The notes beneath the pieces were generated by a model. It made no database searches. It had not been told where the DNA came from and saw nothing but the letters and a program-made list of their open reading frames with translations. A stretch of DNA of 64,000 bases from Candidatus Shapirobacteria bacterium (lineage in GTDB: Bacteria; Patescibacteriota; Microgenomatia; UBA12405): contig JAQWEN010000001.1 of NCBI GenBank assembly GCA_028704885.1, positions 109,172-173,171 of the forward strand, given 5' to 3'. A program made the translations under genes and the position numbers. Of this stretch, positions 38,536 to 49,157 are shown piece by piece (the stretch's first letter is position 1; each line of letters opens with the position of its first letter).

Positions 38536-41500
38536 TTACCTAAAATTGACAGCGCCGTTGTTGTAGACGGTTTTAACTTGTTCTGGGGTGAGGGCGTAGT
38601 TGTAGATACGAACGTCGTCGATTTGACCATTGAATATGGCTGGTGAAGAATAATATGGACTTTTGTTTATTCCTAAATAATTACTATATTGAACAATAGG
38701 GTTAGGAACACTATTGGAAGAAGCTACTAATTTACCATTTACATAGAGATTTGCAGTTCCTCCAGCCGTGGCAGTACCGACTAAGTGGTACCAAACACCA
38801 GTATTAAAAGAGATTCTAGGGAGAGTAGCGCGTATACCATCAACAGCGAAACCAATAGTATCTGTACCTGGATCTTTAAAAAACATATAGCCATTAGTGG
38901 CTGAACTATTACTATTTTTAGCAACCAACCATTCCCATTGAGCATTATTAGTATTCCATTTAATCCAAGAGGAAACGGTAATTCCAGTAGTAGGATTCAA
39001 TATGGAATTGTTAGCTATAGTTACATAATCATCTACTCCATCAAAATTTAGTGAGGAGTTGATGTGACCGCTAGCACCATTGCCCCAAGCAGTGCCAGAA
39101 GTGGTACAAGTACCGACAGAGGTTTGAGAGCCAGAAGAACCGATATTGATTGATCCAGTGTTACCTATTCCGGATGAGTTGTTGACTACGGAACCTTGGC
39201 ATTCGTCGAGCTTCCACCAGGCAATAGGGCCTCCTTTGTTGTAATCATAGGCGATTTGGGCAGGGGTGCGGGCATAATTGTAGATTTTAACCTGATCAAT
39301 AATGGCATTTGAAGAAGCTGACCAATTACGACCAATTTGATTTACAGGGCCAGTTGATTGTGAAGAACCTACTCCTAAAGTATCACCGACTCCATCAACA
39401 TACATATCCATGGTTCTGTTGCTGTGATTTACCCAGGTTAAATAATGCCAGTTGTTGTCAGCAATATTTATATTGCCATATTCGTAAAGCCAAGCACTGT
39501 TGTAATGGGCGTAAGAAATTTTTGAGTTTGCTATACGGAGGTCATTAGCGACGGGGCCGCCACTGGAATTGGATAAAATACTACCACTGACGGTGTTTGT
39601 TTTTACCCAAGCAGAAACTGTCCAATCGTTACCGCTGACTAAATTTATAGTGGAGGTCAACGTGACTCGATCATCAATTCCATCAAATTTTAAACCAGCA
39701 CCTGTATTTTTTTTACCAACTGTCCATGCTGGAGAAGATGTACTTACACCGGCACCAAGTAATCCGTTGTTGTGAGAGGTACCAGTGTCATAAGCGATAT
39801 TTCCAGCGTTTTCTTCAAAATTCCATTCGTCGATGGGAGGTAAACAAACTGAGGTATCTCCGGGGATGCAATATTCCAAAGAAGTGGTAGTGCCACCAAT
39901 GGTTTGATTGGTGGTACCAAAAACGACAGACGAACCTTGATTGTAGTCTTGTTTAACTTCGTCGGCGGTGAGGGCGCGATTGTAAATGCGTGGTTCGTCT
40001 AAAATCATTCCTCTTCCTGAATTGTTTAATCCTATATTGGAAATATTTCCAGTAGCCGAATCAATTAAATAATTAGATAAACCAGTAATTTCAACACTTT
40101 GATATAAAACACCATTCTTATACATTTTGGCGAAATGGGTAGCACTGTCGTAGGTGTAAACAATATGGTACCAATTCCCATCGAAAGGAACTGGAACAGT
40201 TGCTGCCCCTTTTCTAACACCATCAATATAAACATCTCCATGAATTAATCCCGTATTGTAAGAGTCGTAAAAATACCATGCATTTGGTGGTGATAAAAGC
40301 ATTACATCAGTTAACTGGTTATAACCAGTTGTTCTTTTCATCCAGATTGAAACCGTAACAGCATTTCTAAAATTTGGTTTATAGGGAATAATTAAAGAAT
40401 CATTTACTCCAGAAAAAGCAATTCCAGAATTATATTTACCAGTAGTCCAAGTTGGTTTGGTTGTACCAGCAAGATAACCATTTGTTTTATTTATTGAAGA
40501 ATCAAAGACACTAGTTCCAATATTTTCGTTAAGCTTCCAATAAGCGACTAAACTTGAATTTAAATCTGGAGCAGTGGAGGATTTGATGCCTAAATTGACT
40601 GAGGAACCAGATAAAGATCCACGAGAATTATAATCTTGTTTGATTTGATCGGCAGTGCGAGCATAAGGATAAATTTTTGGTTCATCAATCCAGCCGTTAA
40701 AAGCGAAATAACCACCAGCATAAGTTTCTCGGCCAATCGTAGTGTTGGCGGCAGTGCTACCAATATTACCAGTAGTGCCAGTAAAAGGGGAACCAATTTG
40801 TTTTCCGTTAGTATAGGCAGTGATTTTAGTACTAGCTCGAGTGATACAAACATGTGTCCATTGATTGAGTGAAAAAGTGTAATTCCAAGTAGGGGTGTTT
40901 ACTCCGTCGGCTTTTCGGGCTTCAATTCTAGTATTGGCTTGATTTAAGGTAAAACCCCAATAAGAATTATTCCAATTACCGGAAGACATAATGGTACCAG
41001 AATAATTTTTATGGTTACCTTTAATATTTATCCAAGCACACATAGTGTAATCGGTTAATTCAGTAAAATTATTATTAATACTGACACCGTCATCAACATT
41101 ATCAAAGGCTAAACATTTTCCAGAGACACATTCACTTTCGTTTTTCCAAATGGGAGCACTTAAAAAAGTCCCAGTATTATTTTGACTTGTTGAATCGTAA
41201 GCAGTAGTACCAACACCTTCGTCGAATTTCCAATAAGCAATTGGACCACCACCGACTTCTTCAGAAGATATGGATTCTATTGATTGACTACTATTTAATG
41301 TAATAGCACTTTCACGAACATAAACACTAGATTCTTGATATTGGTATAAAGATAAATGCAAACCAGAATCTGTGGGGGTAGTTGTACGAGAATTAGAGCA
41401 ATAATTACCACCACTAGTACAACCTAATTCTGTACTGGCAAAAGAACTTCTAGGTGTACAAGTCGGTGATCCGCCTCCTAGATACAGATAATCAATAGAT

Positions 41501-42414
41501 GAAATATCAATGCAGGTATAAAAAAAACGCCAACTATTACCATAACCATACATAAAATAATTATTAGTTAAATTAATATTTTGAACTCCACTAAGATTAT
41601 GAAATGTTGCTTTTGGACTGGAAGCATCTGAAGCAACATGAACCTGATTAAAATAAGTACGAATAGAACTACCAAGCATAGCTGTTTGTGTAACAGTGTC
41701 GACAACATTGAAATTTAAATTAGTACCCTCAACTCGCATGTCATTAAAAATAATATTATTACTTAAGTTAATTGTTTCGTGAGTGCTGTCATTAGCAAAA
41801 GCTTCTGATGGAAGACCATGCCAAACTTGGATCCAACCACCACTAGAATAAGTCATGTCGCAATTAACTTGAATGGAATCGGCTAAATTTCCAGTGGGAG
41901 TAATGTAGTATTGTTGAGTGCCTTTATTGTCGCTTCGATGTTGAAGAATGTTTTTACAGGAAATAGCTGGATTTTGTTGAGTACCCAATTGAGGTTCAAT
42001 ATTGGTGGCAACTGGATTACCGTAATAAACATAAATAGTATTGCCGGAGTTGGGAATAGAATCAAGTAAAACATAAATAGAAGTGGTACTAGTGTTACAA
42101 GCAAAATTGGTATTACCATCAATAAAATGAGTTAATAATTTTCCATTAATATTGGTGACTCGGATGTCGTCACAGGTATTTTTTATTTTTCCATCAGTAA
42201 TTAAAGTAGCGGTATCAAGAGTGATTTTTATATATTGATTAGTTGTGCTAGCTCCGGAATTTCCTATATTAATGGCTTTTCGATAACTCCAACTATCATT
42301 CCACCAACTAGCAGAGACTTTTTTACTAGGTAAAACAAAACGAGATAAAATAACAACTCCAATTAGGAGAAAAAAGAGAATAGTAAAAAGAGATTTGTAA
42401 GAAAGTTTAGACAC
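38536..42414 (-). CDS. Giant (1,292 aa) secreted or anchored protein with four LamG/ConA-like lectin domains
   Basis: Four repeats of the type 'FDG(V/I)DD.V.I.....L.....T(V/M)S.W(I/V)K.......(I/L)....S.......Y........G...Y.NG.......DEP.IYN.ALT..(E/Q)(V/I)K..YN' match the Laminin_G_3 family. N-terminal signal anchor. Cys-rich N-terminal region. Confidence 0.75.
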   Translation of the reverse strand: MSKLSYKSLFTILFFLLIGVVILSRFVLPSKKVSASWWNDSWSYRKAINIGNSGASTTNQYIKITLDTATLITDGKIKNTCDDIRVTNINGKLLTHFIDGNTNFACNTSTTSIYVLLDSIPNSGNTIYVYYGNPVATNIEPQLGTQQNPAISCKNILQHRSDNKGTQQYYITPTGNLADSIQVNCDMTYSSGGWIQVWHGLPSEAFANDSTHETINLSNNIIFNDMRVEGTNLNFNVVDTVTQTAMLGSSIRTYFNQVHVASDASSPKATFHNLSGVQNINLTNNYFMYGYGNSWRFFYTCIDISSIDYLYLGGGSPTCTPRSSFASTELGCTSGGNYCSNSRTTTPTDSGLHLSLYQYQESSVYVRESAITLNSSQSIESISSEEVGGGPIAYWKFDEGVGTTAYDSTSQNNTGTFLSAPIWKNESECVSGKCLAFDNVDDGVSINNNFTELTDYTMCAWINIKGNHKNYSGTIMSSGNWNNSYWGFTLNQANTRIEARKADGVNTPTWNYTFSLNQWTHVCITRASTKITAYTNGKQIGSPFTGTTGNIGSTAANTTIGRETYAGGYFAFNGWIDEPKIYPYARTADQIKQDYNSRGSLSGSSVNLGIKSSTAPDLNSSLVAYWKLNENIGTSVFDSSINKTNGYLAGTTKPTWTTGKYNSGIAFSGVNDSLIIPYKPNFRNAVTVSIWMKRTTGYNQLTDVMLLSPPNAWYFYDSYNTGLIHGDVYIDGVRKGAATVPVPFDGNWYHIVYTYDSATHFAKMYKNGVLYQSVEITGLSNYLIDSATGNISNIGLNNSGRGMILDEPRIYNRALTADEVKQDYNQGSSVVFGTTNQTIGGTTTSLEYCIPGDTSVCLPPIDEWNFEENAGNIAYDTGTSHNNGLLGAGVSTSSPAWTVGKKNTGAGLKFDGIDDRVTLTSTINLVSGNDWTVSAWVKTNTVSGSILSNSSGGPVANDLRIANSKISYAHYNSAWLYEYGNINIADNNWHYLTWVNHSNRTMDMYVDGVGDTLGVGSSQSTGPVNQIGRNWSASSNAIIDQVKIYNYARTPAQIAYDYNKGGPIAWWKLDECQGSVVNNSSGIGNTGSINIGSSGSQTSVGTCTTSGTAWGNGASGHINSSLNFDGVDDYVTIANNSILNPTTGITVSSWIKWNTNNAQWEWLVAKNSNSSATNGYMFFKDPGTDTIGFAVDGIRATLPRISFNTGVWYHLVGTATAGGTANLYVNGKLVASSNSVPNPIVQYSNYLGINKSPYYSSPAIFNGQIDDVRIYNYALTPEQVKTVYNNGAVNFR

Positions 42415-42432
42415 TAAGCTATTTTACTATTT

Positions 42433-42846
42433 TTAGTAAAAGACCACCTTAACTTGTTGGGGGATAATGCTGTTTTTAGTTTTAGCAGTAACATCGAAAC
42501 GACCAGGAATATTGCTGGATAAATCAAAAACGGCCTTACCAGAATCGTCGGTAATGTTTTGAACTTCAGAGATACTGATTTGAGAGGAAGTAGTGAGACT
42601 AATATTTTGATTTGGGACACCGAGTCCACGACCGTCGAGAATAAAAACCGTAACGCGTATTTTTTCTTTATTATCGGCTTTGGCTTGAAGAGGAGAGGCA
42701 AAGAGATAGGAATTTTCTAAAACAACAGAAGATTGATTGCCGACTGAGGCTTTTTTAACGAAAATGGTGGTTCTTAAAACTAAAAAGACTGAGGCAATTA
42801 AAGCGATAGATAAAAAAAGAATGATAAATAAATATTTTTTATTCAC
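42433..42846 (-). CDS. Small TM-anchored Ig-like (Big-type) domain protein; paralog of 37115..37528; co-transcribed upstream of the LamG giant gene
   Basis: TM helix 'LFIILFLSIALIASVFLVL'. 'ASPLQAKADNKEKIRVTVFILDGRGLGVPNQNISL...ITDDSGKAVFDLSS...FDVTAKT...VKVVF'. Its stop lies 18 nt before the giant-gene start. Confidence 0.5.
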   Translation of the reverse strand: MNKKYLFIILFLSIALIASVFLVLRTTIFVKKASVGNQSSVVLENSYLFASPLQAKADNKEKIRVTVFILDGRGLGVPNQNISLTTSSQISISEVQNITDDSGKAVFDLSSNIPGRFDVTAKTKNSIIPQQVKVVFY

Positions 42847-42880
42847 TAGTTAAGTGTAACAAATTTTGTTTAATTTAAAT

Positions 42881-42965
42881 TCTCATTACGGAATTTTTGT
42901 GTAATCGGCGAATGTGCGTCGCACGTTCGATATTACAAAAAATTGTAATTTCGAATTTAAATTAT
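42881..42965. repeat. MITE-like repeat (family 2) with the gaatgtgcgtcgcacgttc core
   Basis: tctcattacggaatttttgtgtaatcggcgaatgtgcgtcgcacgttcgatattacaaaaaattgtaatttcgaatttaaa. Confidence 0.75.
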
Positions 42966-43871
42966 TTATTTGGCGATTTTCAGAGCGCGGGGAAGAACAT
43001 CAGGATAAACATGAGGGAAATGTTGAGTTTTGATGGCTGGGTAATAAGTGCGGAGAGCAGGGAGAAATCGAAGTCGAGAAATTCGATGATAAGTATTGGA
43101 ATTGAAAAATAAAAGTAAGAAAAAAAGGATAAGAGTAAAGATAAAAATGGGGAGAAGAACCATAAGATAAGTGTGCTGCATTAAGAATAACCAAAAAAGG
43201 GAAGGAAGAAAATAGAGCAAAGTGTTGGACTTTGGAGAATTATTACCATCATATTCGACTGAAGTATAAAGACGATAATTGCTGGAATAAGCAGTTGGTA
43301 AGTTGAGACTATAATCGCCGTTATCATCACTAACGGCTTTTAACGGGGGCAAGGAGTAGGCTAGAGCAGTTTTAGGAAATGATTTGGCAGCATCGTTAAC
43401 TTTATAAAAGAAAATAGTAATAGGAGAATTGGGAATGCTTTGACCGGAAGTAATAATAGTGGAATTGGGATTGATTTTATCTTGTTCAAGAGAAATTGTA
43501 GGGGGAAGAATTATTGGGCCAATGTCGGTGTGATAATTAGCGGCCGGAGGCGGGGGAATACAAACCAGAGTGCTATTGCGATCATAATTGTCTTTAGTCT
43601 GTAAACATAATTCGGAAGGATTCTTAGGAAGAATAATTTTATTAAATTCGAAATAACCATCATTTTGACTAAAGGTCAAAGAATAAATATTGACACCAGT
43701 TAATTCGACTTTAGAATTGGGAGAAGTGTGACCAAAGATAGTGACTTCATTTTCACCAATGGAAGCAAAAATTTTAACCGATTCTGATTGTTGTAAATCA
43801 AAAGCAAGAGAAGATGTTGGAAAAATAAAAAATAAAAATAAAAGAAAAAACCACATAATTAAGTTTAACAA
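42966..43871 (-). CDS. Secreted Ig-like-fold protein with a C-terminal TM anchor; it occupies the CscD-like position of the surface locus
   Basis: Signal peptide. Two beta-rich segments, 'VTIFGHTSPNSKVELTGVNIYSLTF' and 'ITIFFYKV...DDNGDYSLNLP'. C-terminal TM 'LFWLFLMQHTYLMVLLPIFIFTLILFFLLLFF'. Confidence 0.45.
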   Translation of the reverse strand: MLNLIMWFFLLFLFFIFPTSSLAFDLQQSESVKIFASIGENEVTIFGHTSPNSKVELTGVNIYSLTFSQNDGYFEFNKIILPKNPSELCLQTKDNYDRNSTLVCIPPPPAANYHTDIGPIILPPTISLEQDKINPNSTIITSGQSIPNSPITIFFYKVNDAAKSFPKTALAYSLPPLKAVSDDNGDYSLNLPTAYSSNYRLYTSVEYDGNNSPKSNTLLYFLPSLFWLFLMQHTYLMVLLPIFIFTLILFFLLLFFNSNTYHRISRLRFLPALRTYYPAIKTQHFPHVYPDVLPRALKIAK

Positions 43872-43898
43872 AAAACTCCCCCAGTTGCGGGGGGAGTG
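43868..43898 (-). terminator. Intrinsic terminator on the minus strand downstream of 43916..44920
   Basis: ctcccccc-agttgc-ggggggag hairpin with an adjacent run (aaaaa on the plus strand, T-run on the minus strand). Confidence 0.5.
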
Positions 43899-43915
43899 AA
43901 AGTTTAATCAAGAAA

Positions 43916-44920
43916 TTATTGATCTTTATATTTTTTCTTTAAAGTTTCGAGTTCTTTTTCAAGCTCATCAACTTTTTCATTGGTTTCTTTTTTACCACCA
44001 GTCTTTTTCTTAAGAGCAAGAATAATAACAACGATGATAATAAGGGCAGTGCCAACTAAGATAAGGAATCTCCAAGGAATAACCCAAAAGAAAATAGCAG
44101 CAGTGGCAATGCTCCCAGCAGTACCATAAACGGCGTTTAACTCGGCTTTGTAACGACCAAAAAGCCATTTTTTAGCCAATTGATTTTGGAATTCTCTGAT
44201 TTTTCCTGGGAAGATATTGGTACCATCAGCGTTGAATTTAATATCAGCAGTTTTTAGACCAAACATGTTGGTGACTTTAATACTACCAACTGGTCTGATG
44301 TGAACATCGGATAAATTTTGGATAATACTTTTGAAATCAATAGGTCCAAATTCGGAGAATTTAGGAGCGGTAAAATCTTTAACTGTGGCGTTTTGGCGAA
44401 TATTTCCAGGAATGGTGACGTAAACTAAAGTACCGACTTTGGTTTCAATAGATGCACCAGTGGAATTAACAATGGAGACTTGACTGTCTGGGCTATGAAG
44501 AACCATGGCGTAGTGACCACCAGGAAGAGCATTGGCTGGAGGCATAATAGTTAAGATTAAAGATTTAGTTTCACCACCTTTTAGTTTGACAGAAGAAGGA
44601 GAAACCTGAATCCAAGAACTGGCAGCCCAACGATTATCTTCTTTGGTAGAGGTAATAATTGTAGGAGTGCCGATATCATCATTAACAACAAAATCTTCAA
44701 CAGTAATGGTTATAATTCTTTCTTTACTAGATTCATTTCTGACTTTAATGGTTTGACTAGTAACACCATCTGGTTTGACGGTAACTTCAAGACGAGGAGG
44801 AATGGCGGTTAAACCTTCAGCACTTTGGGCTCGAACGGGGGCGGTTAGAAGAGAATAGTTCGTAGCTAAAAGAAGTAATAGAGTGCTGAGTTTGATGGTG
44901 TTTTTGGTGGCAGGTTTCAT
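43916..44920 (-). CDS. DUF916/DUF3324-like cell-surface protein (CscA-type) with a C-terminal TM anchor and a charged tail
   Basis: Signal peptide. 'LTAIPPRLEVTVKPDGVTSQTIKVRNESSKERIITITVEDF' is a chaperone-like beta domain. C-terminal TM 'FLILVGTALIIIVVIILAL' then KKKTGGKKE... The similarity is remote and judged by eye. Confidence 0.4.
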   Translation of the reverse strand: MKPATKNTIKLSTLLLLLATNYSLLTAPVRAQSAEGLTAIPPRLEVTVKPDGVTSQTIKVRNESSKERIITITVEDFVVNDDIGTPTIITSTKEDNRWAASSWIQVSPSSVKLKGGETKSLILTIMPPANALPGGHYAMVLHSPDSQVSIVNSTGASIETKVGTLVYVTIPGNIRQNATVKDFTAPKFSEFGPIDFKSIIQNLSDVHIRPVGSIKVTNMFGLKTADIKFNADGTNIFPGKIREFQNQLAKKWLFGRYKAELNAVYGTAGSIATAAIFFWVIPWRFLILVGTALIIIVVIILALKKKTGGKKETNEKVDELEKELETLKKKYKDQ

Positions 44921-44936
44921 TTTTTGTTTTTAATTT

Positions 44937-46364
44937 TTAGAAGGTAGCAGTAGCTGTATAAGTTATTTTACTTTCATAATCACCAGCTTCCTGACCAGTG
45001 TGAACGGTAATACGATAACAAACGTAGGCTGATTCTGAACTGCCAGGAAGGGCGGTTCTTTGCATAATATTTTGAGCCTGACCTGAACCAATACCAAAAG
45101 CTTTAAACTGACCGGCAGTAAAAGGAATACTACTGCCAACATTAAACATAGTGTAACCAAATTCTGATCTAGTATTACTAGCACTAGTCCAAGTTTTGGC
45201 TGTAGTGTAGTTACAACCAGTAGCATTACAGGTAGTGTCAGGAATAGTAGTAGCAGTATTAATATTTTTCATGACAGCATTTTCATAAGCAGTAACGACA
45301 TAACCACCAGAGGCATTGGTAAGACAAGATAGTCGTTGAGCTAATTGATTGGCGGTGGAACCGATGGTAAGTGATCCAAAAATAACACTGCTTGAAGTGG
45401 TATTGGCAGCACCAGAGGCTAGAGAAGTACCAAGTCCGCAGGCAGTAGAACCGATCGAATTGGCACCGACATTATCAATAGTAAAAGTGAGAGTAGGGTC
45501 GACGGTGGCAGTAACTCGGACTGATTCAACTACGGCAATTTTACCGAAAGTTTGATCGAGAACATTACTACCAGAATCTAAATGGCGGACAATGAAAGTG
45601 AGAACGTCAGCGCTACCTTCAGTGTCATTATTTTTACTAGGATTGATAAGAAGGGAACTACCAGAACCGACAATCATACTACCACCGACACCAACTGGAT
45701 TTGAACTACCAGCACCAGCAGGACATTGAATAACATGGTAATAGGAAGTAACACTGGGGCTGCCGGAAGTGACAGCAACAGTAGTACCGGCTGAGTAGGT
45801 AGCAGCACCACCATTAAAGGGGCAAGTAATAGCACCGGCGGTTAAAGCACCGGCATCAAAACCATCCATATCAGGAATTCGGTCAGTAGTACCAACACCA
45901 GTGGTGGCCTTAATTAGAAATTGCCAAAAACCACCAATAGCATTAACTTGTGGTTCAAAATAGACAGTATGAATAGCTGATCTAGTAGAAATAATACTGC
46001 CACCATAAGGAATAGCGACGGCAGAGATACCAGTGTTTAACATGATGGTTCTGGTATCACCAATATCTTTTACATAATAAGTACTTTGACTACCACCAAG
46101 ACCAATAGAGATGGTGTCACCGACGAATAAATTATTAGTAGTTTTTGAAGGGAAGGAAGCACCGAGATCAATTTTAACGATAGTACCATTGGCTGAAGTA
46201 CCAAGACCAACCCCACCATAATAGGATAATTGAGAATTAGAAATAACGTCTTTGACATTTTTAGGCGGAACAGACTTAATCTGATTTCGGTTAGCAAAGA
46301 AGGTTAAATAGATAGGTAATATTAAAACGAGGAACGTTAAAACTCGAAATAAGCCTTTTTTCAT
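44937..46364 (-). CDS. WxL-like surface protein (CscB/C-type), Ser/Thr/Gly-rich; paralogous to 51162..51926
   Basis: Shared with 51162..51926: the Cys pair plus 'K(T/V)WTS' motif, 'TTCNATGCNYTTAKTWTSAS' vs 'DTKCDSNTCSESTSDVWTSST'. Shared C-terminus: 'QEAGDYESKITYTATATF' vs 'QTAGTYQNSINYIAIPKY', resembling the WxL terminal motif aGtY.g.ltWtL. Confidence 0.4.
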   Translation of the reverse strand: MKKGLFRVLTFLVLILPIYLTFFANRNQIKSVPPKNVKDVISNSQLSYYGGVGLGTSANGTIVKIDLGASFPSKTTNNLFVGDTISIGLGGSQSTYYVKDIGDTRTIMLNTGISAVAIPYGGSIISTRSAIHTVYFEPQVNAIGGFWQFLIKATTGVGTTDRIPDMDGFDAGALTAGAITCPFNGGAATYSAGTTVAVTSGSPSVTSYYHVIQCPAGAGSSNPVGVGGSMIVGSGSSLLINPSKNNDTEGSADVLTFIVRHLDSGSNVLDQTFGKIAVVESVRVTATVDPTLTFTIDNVGANSIGSTACGLGTSLASGAANTTSSSVIFGSLTIGSTANQLAQRLSCLTNASGGYVVTAYENAVMKNINTATTIPDTTCNATGCNYTTAKTWTSASNTRSEFGYTMFNVGSSIPFTAGQFKAFGIGSGQAQNIMQRTALPGSSESAYVCYRITVHTGQEAGDYESKITYTATATF

Positions 46365-46413
46365 TTTATTTATGTAATTTAGTGATAAATAAAGATAGAT
46401 TTTTTTAATATCC

Positions 46414-46441
46414 TTGTCAAGAAGATAGTTATCTGTATAAT
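46414..46441 (+). promoter_or_regulatory. Sigma70-like promoter upstream of ppdK: TTGTCA, 16-nt spacer, TATAAT
   Basis: ttgtca at 46414-46419 and tataat at 46436-46441. Confidence 0.45.
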
Positions 46442-46477
46442 ATTGGAGCGTTAAAAGTTAATTATAAAAACAGAAAA

Positions 46478-49129
46478 ATGACGAATACAAAAAAGAATGT
46501 CTATTTTTTTGGTAAGGGAAAAGCTGAAGGCGACAAGGATATGAAATATATTCTTGGCGGTAAAGGCGCTAATTTGGCAGAAATGACCAATTTGGGAATT
46601 CCAGTACCAGCAGGATTTACTATTTCAACTGAGGTATGTCAATACTATTATAGTAATGGCAAACAATATCCAGCTGAATTGAAAAGGGATGTAGAAAAAG
46701 AAATTGCCCGTTTAGAAGAAAGCACTGGTAAAAAATTTGGTGATGACGAAAATCCATTGTTAGTATCAGTTCGATCTGGAGCAGCCGCTTCGATGCCAGG
46801 AATGATGGATACTATTTTAAATTTAGGTTTAAATGAAAAAGTGGTTGAAGGAATGGTAAGGAAAACTGGTAATGCCAGATTCGTTTGGGATTCTTATCGT
46901 CGATTTATTCAAATGTACTGCAATGTAGTAGAAAACATGGAACATGAAAAATTGGAACATGTGATTAACACTGTTAAAGCAGAAAAAGGAATTAAAGAAG
47001 ATACGGCCATGACAGCTGAAGATTGGCAAAAAGTGGTTAAAGGTTATAAAGAAATTTATAAAATTGAAAAAGGACATGATTTTCCAAGCGATGCCAACGT
47101 TCAACTTTGGGGAGCAATTGATGCTGTTTTTGGTTCATGGAATAATCCACGAGCAATAATTTATCGTCAATTAAATAAAATTGATGAGAAAAAAATCTTT
47201 GGAACTGCAGTGAATGTTCAATCGATGGTTTTTGGAAATATGGGTGATGACTGTGGCACAGGAGTAGCTTTTACCCGTAACCCATCAACCGGAGAAAATA
47301 TAGCTTATGGAGAATATTTGATGAATGCCCAAGGTGAAGATGTGGTGGCAGGAATCAGAACTCCAAAGAAATTGGAATCTTTAAAAGAAGACAATGAAGT
47401 TGTCTACAATGAATTAATGGCAATCTTCGATAAGTTGGAAAAACATTACAAGGATATGCAGGATGTGGAATTTACTATTGAAAATAGTAAATTGTTTGTT
47501 CTTCAAACCAGAAATGCTAAAAGAACTGCTCCAGCTATGGTTAAAGTAGCTGTTGATTTAGTTAAAGAAGGTATGATTGATGAAAAAACAGCTCTAACTA
47601 GAGTTGAGGCTGACAAATTAGATCAATTACTTCATCCAGCTTTAGATCCAAAAGAAAAATCTAAATTCCAATTAATTACTAAAGGTTTACCAGCTTCTCC
47701 AGGCGCGGCTTCTGGTCAAGTGGTTTTTAATGCGGAAACAGCTTTGGAATGGGTAGAAAATGGTAAAAAAGTGATTTTGGTTAGAGCAGAAACTTCGCCT
47801 GAAGATATTGCGGGAATGAATGTGGCAGCTGGTATTTTAACTGCTAGAGGCGGAATGACTTCTCACGCAGCAGTTGTGGCTCGAGGTATGGGTCGATGTT
47901 GTGTGGCTGGTTGTGAATCTTTAACTGTAATGGAAAGTTCTAAGCTATTTAAAGTAGGTGATATTGAAGTCAAAGAAGGTGACTTAATCACTTTAGATGG
48001 AACTGCCGGTGAAGTTTTCTTGGGTAAAGTGCCAACTATGGAAGCTCAATTAAGTGATGATTTTGCTCAATTAATGAAATGGGCTGATGAAACTCGAAAA
48101 TTGGAAGTCAGAACTAATGCTGATACTCCAAAAGATGCTAAAACAGCTCGAGGATTTGGAGCTCAAGGTATTGGTCTTTGTCGAACTGAACACATGTTTT
48201 TTGAAGAAGACAAAATTTTTGCTATTCGACAAATGATTATTTCCGATACGGTCGAACAAAGAGAAGCCGCTTTGGCTAAAATTTTCCCAATGCAGAAAAA
48301 TGATTTCAAACAATTATTTGACATCATGAAAGGTCTTCCAGTCAAAATTCGATTATTAGATCCACCTCTACATGAATTTGTACCTCATGAAGATAAAGAT
48401 ATTGAAGCATTGGCTAAAGAAATGGGAATTTCTTTTGAGAAATTAAAAGAAAAAGTGGAATCACTTCATGAAGCTAATCCAATGATGGGTCATCGTGGAT
48501 GTCGTTTAGGGGTAACTTTCCCAGAAATCAATCAAATGCAAGTTAAAGCCATAATGAGCGCTGCCTGCGAATTGAAGAAAGAGCAAAATGCAGAAATCGT
48601 TCCAGAAATCATGATTCCATTAATTGCTGATGTGGAAGAATTAAAATGGCTTAAAGCAAAATTAATTCCAGTTATCGAAGAAACCATGAAATCTTATGGA
48701 GTGACTTTGAAATATGAAATTGGAACCATGATTGAAATTCCACGAGCAGCAGTGACTGCTGATGAAATTGGAGCAGAAGCTGAATTCTTCTCTTTTGGAA
48801 CTAATGATTTAACTCAAATGACTTATGGATTTAGCCGAGATGATGCTGGCAAATTCATTAAAGAATATTTGGCTCAAAAAATCTTAGTAGAAGATCCATT
48901 CAAGAGTGTTGACCAAAAAGGTGTTGGTAAACTCATGGAAATGGCGGTTAAATTAGGTCGAGCTGGTAATCCACATTTGAATATTGGTATTTGTGGAGAA
49001 CAGGGTGGAGATCCAGATACAGTTAAATTCTGTCACAGAATTGGACTAAATTATGTGTCTTGCAGCCCTTACCGAGTACCAATTGCTAGATTGGCTGCAG
49101 CTCAGGCGGTGGTGGAATCTAGTAAATAA
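46478..49129 (+). CDS. ppdK: Pyruvate, phosphate dikinase
   Basis: 'YILGGKGANLAEM' lies in the N-terminal ATP-grasp region. 'RGGMTSHAAVVARGMGRCCVAGC' carries the phospho-His. 'NIGICGEQGGDP' is in the PEP-utilizing TIM barrel. The 883-aa length is typical. Confidence 0.95.
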   Translation: MTNTKKNVYFFGKGKAEGDKDMKYILGGKGANLAEMTNLGIPVPAGFTISTEVCQYYYSNGKQYPAELKRDVEKEIARLEESTGKKFGDDENPLLVSVRSGAAASMPGMMDTILNLGLNEKVVEGMVRKTGNARFVWDSYRRFIQMYCNVVENMEHEKLEHVINTVKAEKGIKEDTAMTAEDWQKVVKGYKEIYKIEKGHDFPSDANVQLWGAIDAVFGSWNNPRAIIYRQLNKIDEKKIFGTAVNVQSMVFGNMGDDCGTGVAFTRNPSTGENIAYGEYLMNAQGEDVVAGIRTPKKLESLKEDNEVVYNELMAIFDKLEKHYKDMQDVEFTIENSKLFVLQTRNAKRTAPAMVKVAVDLVKEGMIDEKTALTRVEADKLDQLLHPALDPKEKSKFQLITKGLPASPGAASGQVVFNAETALEWVENGKKVILVRAETSPEDIAGMNVAAGILTARGGMTSHAAVVARGMGRCCVAGCESLTVMESSKLFKVGDIEVKEGDLITLDGTAGEVFLGKVPTMEAQLSDDFAQLMKWADETRKLEVRTNADTPKDAKTARGFGAQGIGLCRTEHMFFEEDKIFAIRQMIISDTVEQREAALAKIFPMQKNDFKQLFDIMKGLPVKIRLLDPPLHEFVPHEDKDIEALAKEMGISFEKLKEKVESLHEANPMMGHRGCRLGVTFPEINQMQVKAIMSAACELKKEQNAEIVPEIMIPLIADVEELKWLKAKLIPVIEETMKSYGVTLKYEIGTMIEIPRAAVTADEIGAEAEFFSFGTNDLTQMTYGFSRDDAGKFIKEYLAQKILVEDPFKSVDQKGVGKLMEMAVKLGRAGNPHLNIGICGEQGGDPDTVKFCHRIGLNYVSCSPYRVPIARLAAAQAVVESSK

Positions 49130-49157
49130 GTTTGTCAGTTTTTCAGATTGTCAGATA

